Part shown: positions 1 through 12,485 of the stretch, one piece after another | Numbering within the stretch: position 1 is the stretch's first letter | Layout of the letters: the number at the start of each line of letters is the position of its first letter | Origin: Azolla caroliniana | Taxonomy: Eukaryota > Plantae > Polypodiophyta | Length of the DNA stretch: 64,000 nucleotides | Assembly (NCBI GenBank): GCA_043228905.1 | Contig: JBHGNT010000014.1 | Coordinates: 17,174,001 to 17,238,000 of the forward strand | Reading direction: 5' to 3' | Position numbers and translations under genes: made by a program | The notes under the pieces: generated by a model | What the model was told of the DNA's origin: nothing | Databases searched by the model: none | Seen by the model: only the letters and a program-made list of their open reading frames with translations

Positions 1-324
1 AATGGAATTGAAACAAAATGTTATAATGATGATTCATATAACAAAATACCAACAATTATATGTACATTTGATGAAGACATCATTCCATGATAGTTCTTGA
101 ATGGAGGCCAATGGAGGCCAATGGAATTGAAACAAAATGTTTTAATTGAGTGTTAATTTAGATATGTTGATGCTCTTTTAATAAATTGACGTGTATATTG
201 TTCCACAATGATTAGAATGATGAGCAAGTGAGATTAATGATCCCGAGAAGCTAGTCAATGATGTGTGTTCACATGCAAATCCTCAAATCCTAACACAAAC
301 ACATATCCTTTTTTATCTTACCAG

Positions 325-459
325 GATTAGTGTCGAGGCTAACAAGGCGAAGCTTGACGGATTGTCGGAAAAGCTGGCGGAAGGCATGAATGAGTTGGAA
401 TACAAGATTCTTATGGAAGATTCTGATTGTGGCTTTGATGGTATCCATAATGAATTGAG
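325..459 (+). other. possible isolated exon (ISVEANKAKLDGLSEKLAEGMNELEYKILMEDSDCGFDGIHNEL), parent gene or transposon unknown
   Basis: Pyrimidine tract and ccag acceptor ending at 324, 135-nt open frame richer in G than its flanks, gag|gtaata donor at 460. I recognise no family. Confidence 0.3.
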
Positions 460-944
460 GTAATATTGGAATCTAGAGGAATGAACCTCTAGTTGATAAA
501 CTTCCTAATTAGGTAGAGCACAAGGTACTTAAACTAATATTACTTACACATATATCTTTAGAAGAAGAAGAGGTTCAAGATACTAGCATTTGTTGTATGG
601 AAACGTATCACTTAAGATAGAGAGAGTATCACTTAGGAAAGAGAGAGAGAGAGAGAGAGAGAGAGCAATAAGCACAATCTTAGGAAGAAATATCTAACCA
701 TGTCCACTATTGTTCATTCACATGTGCTCAATATTCATGGGCTTTTCTTCCTCATGTAACGTACCATGCACAACTGTCACACAAGCACAAGGATATCTCA
801 TATATGTAGCTATATGTACCAATGCACATTATTGTTTATTCACATGGGTTCTTCGTCTTTGTACAAGTACTCATCGAGTTAATTTACCATGCACAAACTA
901 ATCCACAATTTTGTTACCCATGGGGGTTAACAACTTACAACTAT

Positions 945-1022
945 ATGTAACAATGTGCTTTATTGTCTCTTAAGTTAGGTCGATGTAACAATGTGCTTGA
1001 TTGTCTCTTAAGTCAGGTCGAT
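945..1022. repeat. 38-bp tandem duplication
   Basis: atgtaacaatgtgctt(t/g)attgtctcttaagt(t/c)aggtcg occurs twice in tandem. Confidence 0.85.
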
Positions 1023-2519
1023 TTATTCAGATGCATATTCTCATCAAGTTATTTTATTGTGCATGACTTGTGAACGCATGAAACCATGGGGGATGTAACA
1101 ATTCATTGGGCCCATCTATTCATTAAGTTAATTTTACTATTCCACCTAGTAAACGTGACACATGGGTAGGAGTCAGGAGTCAGGACGATGGACACTTTTT
1201 GGTACATGAAAAGAAAATGTGTTAAATGGTAGCCTTTTGTATTTTTCATCGGAGACATTTGACAGATGTCCATTTCTCGAATCCCGAAATGGTTTTATTT
1301 GATTCACCTAGAGGTATTTGAAAAGCTTTAAATGTTCTTTAGGGGTCTCAACCGACTAGAATACATTATTTCTTCAAATAGTAGTTGAAAAGTTAAGGGC
1401 TCTAGTTTTGGTGGCACTTTTGAGATTCAACTCTAATGCCAAATTATTTCAACATGTGAATGCCATTGAGATAAAATTTTACTTTCAACTTTATCATTGA
1501 CCTTACGTTTACGTTAACACTTTACACTATTTGATTGTATACATTAATTAAGATGTCACTTAATCCTTGTGTGTGTATAAATTCAGTTTTTCGCACTACA
1601 AGGATCAAACATAGCAGCCAATTCGATTATGTTTTACGCACATAATTCGTAATTGAGGTGTTTATACGTGCTCAAAGTCGGATGGATTTCACATAATTGT
1701 GACAGGTCAAGAGGAAAGGAAAGATAATTATATACCAAAAATACCACACATTTCACTTTCACAAACACCAAATATAGGAGGACATAAAGATTGCAAAGTA
1801 CACCCATCTGTATAATTGGCAAAACAATTATTCATATAAAGTACCTACATATATTTGAAATGTCTACACGGGGATCACCTGTGTATCTATCTATCTAAAT
1901 TATATCCATATTGCACCTTTGACAGCCAAAAATTATTTTGGTGAGTCATTTAATATTTAAAATGCATATGGATGAGGAAAAAATACAAAAAGAAACCCCA
2001 ATTTTTGCTCACAAAATGAATTGCTCCTTATTTCTAGATATGTCCGAAGTAAGAAACGTGCATAATAAGAGGTCTAGTTTGAAATGATGACATAGATAAA
2101 GGAATCCTATTGTGTACGTGGACCATGGCAATTACAGGTTTCCACATTACAAGGATCAACCATTTTTATCTTGTACGAGTTTGGGAAAGCGTAATTGCCG
2201 TAAAAAATGCAATGTTTCTTTTTAAAACCTTGTGATGATTGCATATGAAGTTTGTGACCATAAGTGGTAACATTCAATAAGATTAGTTCATGGGGATTTT
2301 GACTTCAAAAATGGAACTCTAGAAACTAGACTTGTTTTCAACAAAATTTGATGATGGCATGGCTTTCTACAATTATGACTGTTTTTTTTCACCAATTCGA
2401 GATGAATTGGAGGAAGATTCTCACATGTAAAAAGATGCTATTTATTGCATAAGGTAGTTGGTATTGTCTTGCATCATTCGTGTATTGTTGTGACACATAT
2501 TATGAGGAGAAGAAGATTA

Positions 2520-3020
2520 TAAGAGTAAATTCATCTATTGTTGTTGGTTCATCAAATTTGGAGTACATTTTGAGACGTTTTGTTATGATTTTATAAAGAA
2601 ACATGATGATAATAAGGCTAAAATTACTGAAAAATCCACACACAAAAACATTTAAATAAAGCCAAAAAGATAATGAGAGTAAATTGGTTCATCAAATTTG
2701 GAGTACATTTTGAGACTTTTTGTTATGATTTTATAAAGAAACATGATGAAAATAAGGCTAAAATTACTGAAAAAATCCACACACAAAAACATTTAAATGA
2801 AGACAAAAAGATAATGAGACTAAATTCATCTGTTGTTGTTGGTTCATCATTTTTGGAGTATATTATGAGACATTTTGTTCAATGCGATAAGTCACAATGT
2901 CAAATACTTTATGTGGACAATGTTTATCATCTAGTTTTTAGAAAAAATAAATGTTTATCACCTGTCATTGTTGGTACATCACATTTGAAGTATATTTTGA
3001 GACTTTTTGTTATGATTTTA
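2520..3020. repeat. about 140-150 bp tandem duplication plus degenerate copies
   Basis: ttggttcatcaaatttggagtacattttgagac...acacaaaaacatttaaat occurs at about 2545 and 2685, with partial copies near 2840 and 2970. Confidence 0.75.
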
Positions 3021-5451
3021 TTGTTTTTCTAGAGCTGCTTATGTGGGAAAGGGAAGCCAAAAATGAGGGGGGAAATAATTCAACGCGATAAAATACTTTC
3101 TGTGGACTTAAAAATGTTTATCTATATTTTTGTAGTGTTCAGATCCTATCCTTTTGTCTTTTTTGTTGGTGACAAACGAGCATATGGCTCAAAAATAATC
3201 ATTAACACAAAATCCAAAAGGTCCACGGCTTATAACAAATCATGCTCAATCATTTGCATACAGATGGAGTGATATATGATTTGATAAATGATAACAAGAC
3301 TTCCATGCTTAAAACACAATAGGAATAAATTGATGCATTAATGCTTTAAATAGAAGTGGGCATCAATAAACGAAGTTGTTCCGTGTAGAACTCTACTACT
3401 TCGAACGGTACTATATGTAGGCATCAATATAAAAGCTTCAAACACGTTACACTACACTACTGCATGAGTTATTCCTAGAACTTATATTGACACTTTTACT
3501 ACGATAAAAAGACAGGAAAAACAAATATGATCAATTGGAGATCTTTCCAACATTAATGATCTATTTTTATCTTCTCGGCGTTTCTCTTTCCCATCTGGAA
3601 CACCCACATTTTTCCTTCTTTTTCATTCTCCGTTTCATTGTCTTTCTTTTTCTTTTTCACATTTAACACACTAAAGCAAAGATAACAAACAAACCAATAA
3701 ACACACCCACCCATGAAACAGGTACACGTAAATGTAGAAGCATGCACACAACACACAAGAGGACACACACCTAGGCTTGTGTCTAACTACTATCAAATCA
3801 TAAAGAGGGGCTAGTGAGGGAATTGCGGCCACACATGGTGCAGGGCACTTGCGATTTGCACCGTCCGATCTGGATTATTTTTTAAACACACCAATAAAAA
3901 GGCGCCCAACTTTGATCACCATTTCTATCACAAAGCACATGACCCTATCACCTGATAAAAGTAATAAAGAGAAGTAAGATAAGGTCAAACAAATGGGATG
4001 AGTTATCACAATAAGAAGCACTACTTAAAATATAGAGATTAATTATCATGATAAGAAGCAATCCTTGCTTTTTGTGCATATTTTGTGTAATACTCTTTAT
4101 AAGGTCAATCAACAATTGGGAACAGATATTGATCATGAATGAGTTATGCTTTCCAGGGTGGCATTTTGAACATGTTGTGTAACGAGATTTACAAAGTCAA
4201 ACAATGAATGGAACCCCATATGGATCATAAATCAGCTATGCATCCCATGTTTAAGGAGTAATGTTGCAATGAATTTCTCCATCTAATCACACTTTTTAGA
4301 ATTTCCAAACTCCATCTTGATTATGAAATTTATTATACTAAAGTTTGTACTTTTAATTATTTAACATTACCAACATAATCACCAACATTGCACACACAAT
4401 TTGACAACCAACAATTCACACCATTTTTCCATACCTTGAGATGTTGTTTTTGTAAATTCACCCATCTCACTGACAAATGTCATATTTCATACATATTGTA
4501 TCTTAAGCTAAATTGTTAATGCATGTAAGATTACTCTACATATTATGCATACAATTTGACATTACATTATAAGTTTCAACATATTTTTTAATGAGTTATT
4601 TAAGAGGAAGCGATTTGCATGTCAAAGGAGATCTTATATATGACCTTCAAAGGTAAGAAAAAGCTAAAATTATCGTTTGCAAGTTTAATGCATATTGCTA
4701 CGTATGGCACAATTGTGCATCTAACGAATATTGTTCATGGATAACCACTGGCAATTGATGGATGAGTGGTCATGACTCATGTAACAAATGTCACCACATA
4801 GTTGATATTGTCTAAAAAATACAATATGCATTTGTTGTTCTATGCTACCTAGTTTTATGCGTTGGCTATAAAAAACACATTGAATATTTTAAATCACTCA
4901 ATGAATGTGACACGTACAATTATTTCATTTAAAATGATTTGTGCATTGCAAATGCAAAGAGAAGGTAACATTATTTGGTGAGTAGGATTGGTAGGGAACT
5001 TGGTGACTCGGATAGGCAGATTATTTCCTAAACTTGGGACACAATAAATTCTTATTCTCTTTTAACAAAATGAATTGTTGTTACAAAGAGTTACAAACCA
5101 ACTCTCTCTTATATAAGGCCAAGATTATGTTTCAAATAATAGAACTATTCTCGTTGCTATCTCCACAATGAGAGTTTACAAACCAACGCTCTTATAGAAG
5201 GCCAAGATTATGTTTCCAAATAATAGAGCAGTTCTCGTAACTATCTCCTCAATGAGAGCAGTCAATATAAGGATTTTATACAATGCAAGTACAAAAAAGA
5301 ATAAAAACTATAGACAACAATATAAGGATTTTACACAATACAACTACAAAAAAGAATAAAAACTATAGACAACTTTTCTAGGTTGATTAGATAATGGATG
5401 CTTCTACATATCAATGCTTCTTCTCCTTTTGTTGCCATTTTGCTTAACAAA

Positions 5452-5476
5452 TGTGTGTGTGTGTGTGTGTGTGTGT
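5452..5476. repeat. (TG)n microsatellite
   Basis: Read directly. Confidence 0.9.
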
Positions 5477-6095
5477 GCATATATTACAAGCCACTTGAAA
5501 TAATTAAAAATTTTAATCTAAAATCCAAAAATCCTAGTCCAGTACCTCAACAGAAAAACTACAAATCCTTTGTTGCATTCAGTAAAGCTTTGAACTCCAC
5601 TTGAAAAACAAAGCAAATCCTGATTTTCAACCATAATAAATAGTTGAGAAAATATATATCAAGTCATTGAGTGACTCCATGAAGGATCCTTTGCTTCTCA
5701 TGCGGAATTTTAGGGCTGAAATCATTAAAGTGTATGCTCTTGGGAAATATAATCTTGCAATATCAAAAAATAGGTAAGGAATCCAAAGAATGCATAAAAA
5801 GGAATAGGAATATATACATATAAAGGAATTAGAAGATATGCATATATACGGACTAAGAAGAGTTCTAATTTTGATTTCTTTTAATTGATAGATCATGTAA
5901 ATGGTATTTATCCTCCTTGGGTCTTGTAAGAGGAAGATGAACAAAATGGAGAAGTCTTTAGCAAAGCCTATGAATGGAAAAAAGTTATAACACTGAAAAT
6001 CTGAAAGAGAAGTTGGAGGAAGAGGAACAAGGAAGTCGAAAGAGAAGGAGAAGACAACAACGTTGAACCCTAAAACCCTAAACCGTATGCTAGGG

Positions 6096-6336
6096 CATAA
6101 TACATAAAATTCATGTTCGTCTAGCATAGCATTCGTTTTTATACGTTGGGAAACGAATGCGAATGTTATTCAAACATTCTTGTACTTTTTTTTTGTTTTT
6201 GCCCCCTTTTTTAAAGGTTTTTTCTTGTTTATTTAGGCTTATTTACCTCATAATAAATATTTAATCCAAAAGTATGGCATTTACCATTCTTCCCGGGTGT
6301 TTACCCTACTTGAATGATTGAAACATTCATACTATG
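6096..6336 (+). mobile_element. hAT-type MITE, copy 1, nested in the MULE
   Basis: CATA(A/G)TA...TACTATG termini and a perfect 8-bp TSD TGCTAGGG (6088-6095, 6337-6344). Internal core aaaagtatgg(c/t)atttacca is shared with the copies at 15.5 and 27.2 kb. Confidence 0.8.
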
Positions 6337-7431
6337 TGCTAGGGTTTCAATTTGCATAGTCGTCTTCTCTGTTTTCCCGCCCTCTCCCACCACAAAATTA
6401 AAATTTCAAAATTCTCCTCACACAATTTATGAGTGTGTGATGGGTGTGAGTAAGTAGTCTTATCCAAATCGGATGGTGCAGATTGTACACGCCTTCTACT
6501 AAGTGTCTTGCACCGTCCGTGGCCGTGATACCCTCGCCAACCCTCTTTATGATTTGGTAGCAATTAGACATGTCACACACCTAGACACGTATGTGTAGAC
6601 ACATACATGCCCATGAACAAAGAAACATATGCATACTCGAACAAGAAAAGCATAAACATGTACACAGAGTTGATGATGATTTTGAGCTCTCTTCCTCCCT
6701 TAAACATGCTCCCCAATGCATTCATAGCCTAGGTTTGGTTAGTATAAACATTGTGTGTAAAACACATCACAACAACAAAGTTTTTTATTTAGCATTTATG
6801 TAAGGAACCCCTTGGGAATATACCCCCTTTTTACTCAAAACACGCCATCACCCGAAAAAAAGCATCGGCTCTCTTTACTAGCTACCATAACATCAAACTT
6901 GCCATAAAATTGAGAGAACCTATAATTGATCCATGCCATGGGCTACGTCCCATCTCATAGATCACAATCAATCTTGTGGATATTAAAAATATATCCATCT
7001 ATCTACTATCTCTCTCTTTTACTTCATTGTATCACATATAGATTCTTGTATGTATGTTGTTGGCATAAAAGGCCAACTCCTTCCAAATTGTATCCCTGAG
7101 TGTGAACACATCCCTAAGTTAGGGCGTAAGTATATATAAGCCCAAATGTAATATTGTAAAAAGACAGAGGGTTTTACAGAAGAGAAATATAGTTTCAATT
7201 AGAGCTTCAACCGGATATCTTTGACTCTTGCCTACTGTCTTCTTCTCTAGTTCATCTGGGTTGCTTGCTATATACATATTCTTGCATGTCCTCACATATT
7301 CTTCCGCATATCATATTCAACAAGTGGTATCAGAGCGACCTTGTTGTCCGGCGGCAACAAATGGCAAGACTGAGAAGAGAAACTATCTGGCTAACAGAAA
7401 GACAAGGCCAACAACATCTACTTTCCAGAAA

Positions 7432-10400
7432 ATGGCGACACAATTAGGCACAAACGTGAAAATCCAGAAGTTCGACGGGAATAACTTCGCCCTATGGAAA
7501 GAAATGATGCAAGACATGCTCATAATCTGAAGATAAGTTGAAGTGATTCGCCAAAGCGACAAACCATCGTCGATATCCGCTGAAGAGTGGAGATCAATAG
7601 ACGAAATCACACGATCAACCATCCAGATGCACTTGGCCAAGAACGTCTATTTCAACATGGCCAAGGAGATAACGACATTCTCTTTGTGTGAGAAATTCCA
7701 GGCCGTATACGAGAAAAAGTCCTCGTGGAAGCTCATATTGATCCGATAGTTGTTCAATATGAAGATGAGAGAGACAGATCTAGCGACCTCCCATGTCAAC
7801 ACCTTCAACCTGGTGTTGTCTGAGCTACCCTCCCAAGGGATTAACTTTGAAGAAGAAGTTAAAGCCCTTGCCCTCCTTTCGAGCTTGCCGACATGTTGGG
7901 AGGTATTTTGCACGATATTCGCCAACAATTGTCCAAAGTTGAATCTAGACAAAACGATCGAACAAGTCCTCATTGATGAGACTCGCCATCGATGAATCGA
8001 CTGAGTCGATCGGACAAACTAATCAATCGAGAGAACAAGCCGACAGAACTAGTCGAAACACTAGTCGACCGAGGAGGAGGGAAGACTGACAACAGTTGAA
8101 GTCGAGGAATAGTCGATCAAGTGATTTCTGCACTCATTGTAGAAAGATTGGTCACAAAGTTTCCGACTGCTAGTCCATAAAAAGAAAGGCGAATGGTCGG
8201 TGAACCAATTGGCATGGACACAAGGACAGAATAACTGTTCTCCCACCGGCAACCAAGTCAATGTTGTCGAATCCTGGACTGGAGATATTGTGTCCCTAGA
8301 GTCGTCGTCGTCCAGTGAAGTCCTATACAACGCGCAAGACGCACAAACGTGGGTGCTGGATTCTGGCACCACATTTCACGTGACCCCCAACATCGAATGG
8401 TTTTCGGACTATTCTACTGGAGCCGACGACACAATCCCACTAGGCAACGGGCATGAGTGCATAATAGTAGGGATCTGCGAGGTCCCCATCCAATTACCAA
8501 ACGACAATACTATCACCCTGCACCAAGTCCGGCACATACCCAAGCTGAAGAGGAGTCTTGTCTCCATCAGCATGTTAGCCGAAGTCGGGTACCGCACGAC
8601 TCTTAGTGAGTCATCATGGATGATCAGCCGAGGAAATACGAAAATCGGGAGCGGATGCAAGTACGACAACCTGTATCCACTGATGGCGACCAATCCGGAG
8701 GGCACAATGAATGTAGCTGAATCCCCATATTTGAACTTATGGTATGGCCGACTCGACCACATGTCTCATGTCGGACTGGACTAGCTAATGACGATTGGCT
8801 ACATCCCGAAACTACAGTTGAAGATGGACTTCTATGAGCATTGTCGACGGTCATTACGAGAAACAGACCCAAAGTCTGCACTCCCTCCATTACGAGACGG
8901 TATGACAACCCCTAGAATTGGTCCACATAGATACATGTGGACCGATGCCCGAAAGGTCACTAGGAGGCTCCTAGTACTTCATCACATTCGTAGATGACTA
9001 TACATGGAAGGTCTGGGCCTACTTCATTAGGTAGAAAGACGAAGCACTCGAGGTCCTCTCTTGGTGGTTAGCCGAAATGGAGAACCGATCAGGACACCGA
9101 GTGAAGACAGTTCGGTTCGACAACGGAAGTGAATACAGCTCCCAAGCCTTGAAACAGAGTGCATGTCCGACAAAGGGATCTGACATCTAAAGACCATTCC
9201 CTCCCCCATGCAGAATGGCGTGGCAGAACGAATCAATCACACGATCTAGGAGAGGGTGACAACAATGTTGTCACAATACAATGACATAAAATATATAGTT
9301 GGTGAGGATTGAAATTACAACCTCACATGAACAATACATCATGCTCAACCATCTTCATATGAGCATTGTATAAGATATATTTGATCTACATATCATTGTA
9401 TAAGACGTACATGATCTAAGTATACTCTCTAGACATATACAAAGTTCTATAAGGTTCTAGAATATTCTTCAAAATATTCAAATGCATGTACTTCAACTTA
9501 TAGTATAGATACTTGTAACCTTCTTGGTCCCTTTCAAGGGATTCAACACCAGTCATAGACACATCAATCCAATATTCTTGTTTAGCCTCATCTTCTCTCC
9601 TTGATTTACATCTCTGTCTTTATTCTCTTGTATTCTTCCTAGCGTCTTAACTTCCTCATCTTGTCACGCCCAACTTCCCAAGTTTCTAGCCTCATCACGT
9701 TGAGTTCCACGTTCATAACCTTATCGGTCGTAGCCTCGTCATTCATGCCCCATCGTAGTCTAAGGTTGGTGTGTCCGAGACAAATGCTCCAGCAACCTGA
9801 ACTAAAGCTGGAATTCTGGGCTGAAGCATTGCAGACGGTAGTATACTTGATAAATTTTTCGTTGTTGAGAGCGATACAGTTTGAAGTGCCATAGGCACTA
9901 TGTCAGGCAACCAATCCACCTACGACATTATCTGTATATTTGGATGCGAAGGTTGTACCTTCATCCTGGGGATAAAGCGACCAAGTTGGCACCCCATGCA
10001 CTTCAGCTATGGGGACAGACTCCGTATATTTGGTTATGGAATTGATGAGGACTTCGGCTATCACCTATGGGACCTAGAGAACGGGAAATTGATCCGGAGT
10101 AGTGACATAGTCTTCAATGAAGACTCAATTCTCTTTGAACGGAACCAACAAAAAGGGGTCGGTAAAAAGGTCTCCTTCGACATAGACACAAATATCGTAG
10201 AAGGACCGACCCACTGGGCCGAATCGGTGATTCGACAAACAGTCAAAGACGACCAAGCCAACGACCCCCCCCTATCGAATCCTAAAGGGCAAGCAGTCCC
10301 CTAGTCGAAGTCGACTTCGATTCGACCAAAAGATTGACAAATGTCGAACCAATAAAGTATCTCGAATGGGCCATAAAAGGAAAACAAGATAAGATGCCTC

Positions 10401-11523
10401 TACTCCTTTGTCAATCAATCCCAAAAAAACGGGAGAATAACCCAACATCGCCAAAATCCTATTTAAGGGCCAAGTCATCCCACAACACTCCTAGAGATAG
10501 TTCAAGAAATACCGATCAACCGATAGAGATGATTGAAAGATCCGAACCGAAGAACTTGGCACCTAGGAGATTCGGACAAGTCTGAAGGGCAATAGAGTTT
10601 TACCAACCAGGCCTCGACTACATCAACTACACGGATGTTTGTGAACCTAGTTCCTATGAGGAAGTTGTGGTTGCACCCAACGCTGAGACATGGCTACAAG
10701 CCATGAGATCCGAGATGCAATCGATCAAGGAAAATAAGACATGGGAGTTGGTCGAATTACCAGCTAATCAAAAGCCGCTACCGTGCAAATGGGTCTACCA
10801 ATACAAGTATGTATTCGGTTCAAAAAAACCCAAGTACAAAGCTCGGCTCATCGCCAAATGTGTTAAACAGGAACATGGGGTCGACTATGACGAAATGTTT
10901 TCGCTTGAAGTCAAAATGACCACCCTCCGGCTCCTTCTAGGGGTCATGGTGACGGAAGGTTGGAGTAACACGGTCACATCAAAACGGCCTTCCTACACAC
11001 GAGGAACCGAAGATGTACAACTAACTTTCGGATCGGCAAATCCGACCAAAGTTGAAGGCTACACCAACTCCGACTATGTTGACAATCCAGACAATTAGAA
11101 GTCGACATTAGGCTACATATTCACCTATGGCACCAGCGTCATATCATGGAGATCAAAATTGCAAGAGTGCACAACTTTGTTAGAGGCCAAGTACATTGTC
11201 GTGTCGGAAGCAGCAAAGGAAGCAATCTGGTTGCACCGATTTTCAACTAATTTCTTGTTAAAGAAAAAAACTGACCATCCAGCGTTGACTCTCTATTGCG
11301 ACTCACAAAGCGCAATACACCTCATTCGGAACCCCGTCTACCATGCGAAAAAGAAACACATTGAGGTGTGGTTTCATCATATCTGAGAGCTTGTAACGGA
11401 GAAGAAGCTCAAAGTCACAAAGATCGACACCAAGGTGAACATCATCGATTGCCTGACGAAGCCACTCCGAAAACAACGCTTCATAGCACTAAGGAACATG
11501 ATAGGACTACGACAAGAAACTAA
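7432..11523 (+). pseudogene. copia A gag-pol remnant
   Basis: gag KFDGNNFALWK; protease WVLDSGTTFH; GAG-pre-integrase LWYGRLDHM; integrase QNGVAER and FWAEA; RT WELVELP..CKWVY..KARL; RNase H YCDSQSAI..KHIEV. Many stops and frameshifts. Confidence 0.9.
9269..9782. mobile_element. solo LTR (514 bp) inserted in copia A integrase
   Basis: TGTCAC...GAGACA termini with near-TSD AATGT/AATGC. Integrase ERVTTM resumes as MLQQPELKLEFWAEA after the insert. Confidence 0.75.
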
Positions 11524-12485
11524 GTAGAAAGGAGCCGAACGAATAGTAGCAGAAGGAAAGTCGAAGACTGGCCTAATTGGATAAGCCGAAACGGCAAAAT
11601 CCAAAGAATCGAAATACCGATTTGAGGCCGAAGACATAGCCAAGTGCAAGGAGATTAACTGGAGATTAGAAGATCGGGGGGCAACCGGAGCAGAGGACCG
11701 ATCAAGTATCCAGCGGGGAGCATAGGAGCAAGCGTGAGCGAGAAGCAAACGATTGACCAAAGGCCAAGAGTCAGAATCGGACATGAGCCGATCCGAATGA
11801 ATGAGTCGATTCAGACAAATGTTGATCTGAACTAGTCGATACAACCGACTTAGACAAGCCGACCTGGACAACATACAATCCGGATGACTAATCGAATGAG
11901 GGTAGATCCCAACTTTACCTTTGCAGATTCGGCTGAATACTGACTACCTTGTACGTATACAATTGTAACTATAGATTAAAATTGTAATCTAGGGTCCCGG
12001 GGGAGATAACCCCAATTACTTGTATACATAGGAAGAGTAGCCCTTTTACGGGGGAGTTTGTTGGCATAAAAGGCCGACTCCTTCCAAATTGTATCCCTAA
12101 GTGTGAACATGTCCTCAAGTTAGGGTTTAAGTATATATCAACCCAAATGAAACATTGTAAAACGAGAGCATTTTATAGAAGAGAAATATAGTTTCCATTA
12201 GAGCTTCAAGTGGATATCTTGGACTCTTGCCTATTGTCTTCTTCTATAGTTCTTCTGTGTTGCTTGTTGTACACATCTTCTTGAAGGTCCTCACATATTC
12301 TTCCACATATGTATGCCGACATGTCCTATTCAACATATGTATGCTGACATGCATGTATTTACATGTGTGTATATACATATGCAATGTATGTACGTATCTA
12401 TATATTGTAGTGTTTCTATACATTTTTGTGTTTTATATGTATGTATTTATATATTGTTAATGTGGGTTTGCACATATGTTCATAT

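Larger units (their letters stand above)
3775..6574. mobile_element. non-autonomous Mutator-like (MULE) DNA transposon, about 2.8 kb
   Basis: Diverged about 110-bp terminal inverted repeats (gtgtctaactactatcaaatcataaagaggg...tgcaccgtccgat against the reverse complement of 6460-6574). Perfect 10-bp TSD ACACACCTAG at 3765-3774 and 6575-6584. No transposase ORF. Confidence 0.75.
7058..12335 (+). mobile_element. Ty1/copia LTR retrotransposon A (degenerate, internally deleted RT)
   Basis: LTRs 7058-7322 and 12059-12335 (TG..CA), TSD TATGT, PBS TGGTATCAGAGC (tRNA-iMet) 7325-7336, PPT about 12048-12058. Confidence 0.95.

Noticed and set aside
1150-3300. possible decayed transposase
   Set aside because: Coding-like composition, but I could not identify any motif.
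3771-3800. Helitron terminus (CTAG / TCT-ACTAC)
   Set aside because: Better explained as a MULE TIR with a 10-bp TSD and an inverted partner at 6574.
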